In this document: positions 60,797 through 62,542 of the stretch, in pieces
Layout: every line of letters starts with the position of its first letter
How positions within the stretch are numbered: position 1 is the stretch's first letter
NCBI GenBank assembly: GCA_964413165.1
Contig: CAYPSF010000004.1
Coordinates: forward strand, 1 to 62,542
Reading direction: 5' to 3'
DNA: 62,542 nt
From: an uncultured Bifidobacteriaceae bacterium
GTDB taxonomy: Bacteria; Verrucomicrobiota; Verrucomicrobiia; Limisphaerales; UBA11358
Program-made: the position numbers and the translations under genes
The notes under the pieces: model-generated
Databases searched by the model: none
The model's input: only the letters and a program-made list of their open reading frames with translations
What the model was told of the DNA's origin: nothing

Positions 60797-62542
60797 ATGA
60801 GCAGTTGCCATCCATCTGTCCCCTTCATGCTTCGTGGTTGGCGCTGCCTTTTTTGCGGCGTGGGGCTGAGCCAGCTGATTCTGCTGGCCGTCACAACGAG
60901 TGTGCCGTTCCGGGCCATGGCTGCCGATTTGACCCCCCCGTCGGCTTCACCGGCGACCATCACCAATGTCAGTCAATTCAGAACATTGCCCGGCGGCGAC
61001 TTGCGTAAATTTCCGTTTCACCTGGCGGGCACCGTCACTTTGGTGGATCGGGATCGTAACTTGCTGGTTCTGCAGGATGCGACCGGAGCGGTGGCAGTAA
61101 ATCTGGCATTGACGAATATTTCCGTTCAAGCGGGACAAAAAGTATTGATCGCGGGCGCGGGCGCCGTTCCCTATGTCGATAGTTTTCCCGATTATCCTTA
61201 TCGGCCGTCGGGCGGGGACCTGCAGCCGTCTTTTGAAGCTCCCGTGAATTGGGGGGATTATCATTTAACCCGGATGCGAGGTTACCTGCGCCCTCCGGCC
61301 ACCGGAGATTATGTTTTTTGGATTGCGAGTGATAATTCGTCCGAGTTGTGGATCAGCCCGGATGAGGATCCGGCCAACGGGAAAAAAATCGCTTCGGTTA
61401 AGCAGGGTGATTGGGTCGACCCGCATGAATGGTCTCGCTACCCGTCACAACGTTCCGAGGCGATCTCTTTGAGCGCAGGACATGCCTATTATATCGAGGC
61501 GTTTCAGGAGCAGACAATTCTCGCCGATCATATCTCAGTTGCCTGGAAGGGGCCCGGCCTGAGCCAGGCGGTCATCGACGGTCAATACCTTACGCCCTGG
61601 ACCGAAAATGCCGGTCCAACACAATTTTCCGGCACGAACGGGATTTTACGGGAATATTGGACCAATTATTCTGCCGGCGGTCTGACCGGGATAACTGGAA
61701 CCAAACGATTTGAGTCCGCAATTACCGCGAAGGAAACCCATCTGACCGTTCTTTCCGGGCCGGGAATCCTGCCGGAGCCCTGCCTGATCGTCCTGGGCCA
61801 GCCCTTGCGACCGGAAGACAATTATCGTTGGGCTGAAATTGAAGGCTCGGTCAGTTTTGCCGCCGCCGATGCGGCATCGGCAATTCTGGAAGTGAATGAC
61901 GGTCCTGCCCAGGCCCGGGTTTACCTGTCCACCCGCAACCAAGCCTGGGTGCGCCGCGTCCAGAATGAACGAATCCGAATTCGCGGTGTCTGCGAGGGCG
62001 CCTATGATTCAAAACGGCAATTGGTTCCGGGTCTGATTTGGGTGCCGACGGAAAATGATATCCAGATTGTCGAATCGTCTGCCACGAATTTAACCGCCCT
62101 GGCCACTTCTTCGTCGGACCGCGACGCAACACCGGCCGATACGAATGTTCTAGGAGGATACTATTACACCCATGGGGTGGTGACGTTCAGCGACCGGGTT
62201 TTTGACAAAAATTGCATCTTCATTCAGGATGAAAATGGAGGGATTTTTGTAGCTCAAGCCGAACGGCCCATCGGGCCTGGATTTCAACTGGGGCAGATGG
62301 TTGAAATCGGAGGCTATCTGTTGCCGGGCAAGTATGCTCCCCATCTTCAGCCTCTGTTTGTAACTACCTGGGGCTGGGGAGTAATGCCCGAACCGACCCC
62401 GGGGCCTACGGACATCGCGGTGGCGGAAAACCGGGATAACCGATGGACGGAAGTGGAAGGGGTCGTGCATTCAGTGAACACCAACGGCACCGTGGAAGTC
62501 GTCGGCAGGAAAGGCTCGGTTTCGGTCTGGATCGGTCAGGTT
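60797..62542 (+). CDS. Extracytoplasmic part of a probable sensor protein: OB-fold-like repeats with an inserted PA14 domain (partial, runs off the window)
   Basis: Open frame from ATG 60797 or 60827 to the window end, absent from the ORF track. PA14 motif RMRGYLRPPATGDYVFWIASD...HISVAW, repeats RWAEIEGSV and RWTEVEGVV. Confidence 0.75.
   Translation, partial: MSSCHPSVPFMLRGWRCLFCGVGLSQLILLAVTTSVPFRAMAADLTPPSASPATITNVSQFRTLPGGDLRKFPFHLAGTVTLVDRDRNLLVLQDATGAVAVNLALTNISVQAGQKVLIAGAGAVPYVDSFPDYPYRPSGGDLQPSFEAPVNWGDYHLTRMRGYLRPPATGDYVFWIASDNSSELWISPDEDPANGKKIASVKQGDWVDPHEWSRYPSQRSEAISLSAGHAYYIEAFQEQTILADHISVAWKGPGLSQAVIDGQYLTPWTENAGPTQFSGTNGILREYWTNYSAGGLTGITGTKRFESAITAKETHLTVLSGPGILPEPCLIVLGQPLRPEDNYRWAEIEGSVSFAAADAASAILEVNDGPAQARVYLSTRNQAWVRRVQNERIRIRGVCEGAYDSKRQLVPGLIWVPTENDIQIVESSATNLTALATSSSDRDATPADTNVLGGYYYTHGVVTFSDRVFDKNCIFIQDENGGIFVAQAERPIGPGFQLGQMVEIGGYLLPGKYAPHLQPLFVTTWGWGVMPEPTPGPTDIAVAENRDNRWTEVEGVVHSVNTNGTVEVVGRKGSVSVWIGQV

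Noticed and set aside
59392-60966. 524-aa ROK protein as given by the ORF track
   Set aside because: The first 121 aa overlap the divergent sensor gene and intergenic DNA. ROK similarity begins at about 60603.

Overview
This is a chromosomal window from a GC-rich bacterium, very likely Verrucomicrobia subdivision 3 (Pedosphaera/Limisphaerales-like). That placement is inferred from the PEP-CTERM protein, the prepilin/H-X9-DG protein, the Ig/RCC1 and choice-of-anchor Q surface proteins and the OB-fold sensor. The housekeeping backbone is pnp (3' end), a polyprenyl synthase, an ECF sigma/anti-sigma pair, parA, nfnAB, gcvT-gcvH-grx-lipA, ilvD, rlmI, rnd, asmA, an acyl-CoA ligase, a double-domain ndk, mutT, ugd, purA, uppS, lutABC and two tRNA-Ser genes. 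Accessory material is interspersed: a 5 kb RCC1/Ig surface-protein gene with three lesions, a decayed integron-like cassette array without integrase (31.9-33.7 kb), an epimerase-GHMP kinase-nucleotidyltransferase operon, a glycan-utilisation locus (PA14 sensor, ROK, AraC, prepilin, GH30) and many families of intergenic palindromic repeats. The strongest leads are (1) a C-terminal module shared by five unrelated secreted proteins, a candidate sorting signal; (2) a SnoaL-like domain inserted in IlvD; (3) the attC-like array; (4) four dispersed (GTTRAAYY)4 inverted-repeat elements at gene junctions; (5) the sugar-nucleotide operon. All assignments come from motif recognition by eye; no database searches were run.
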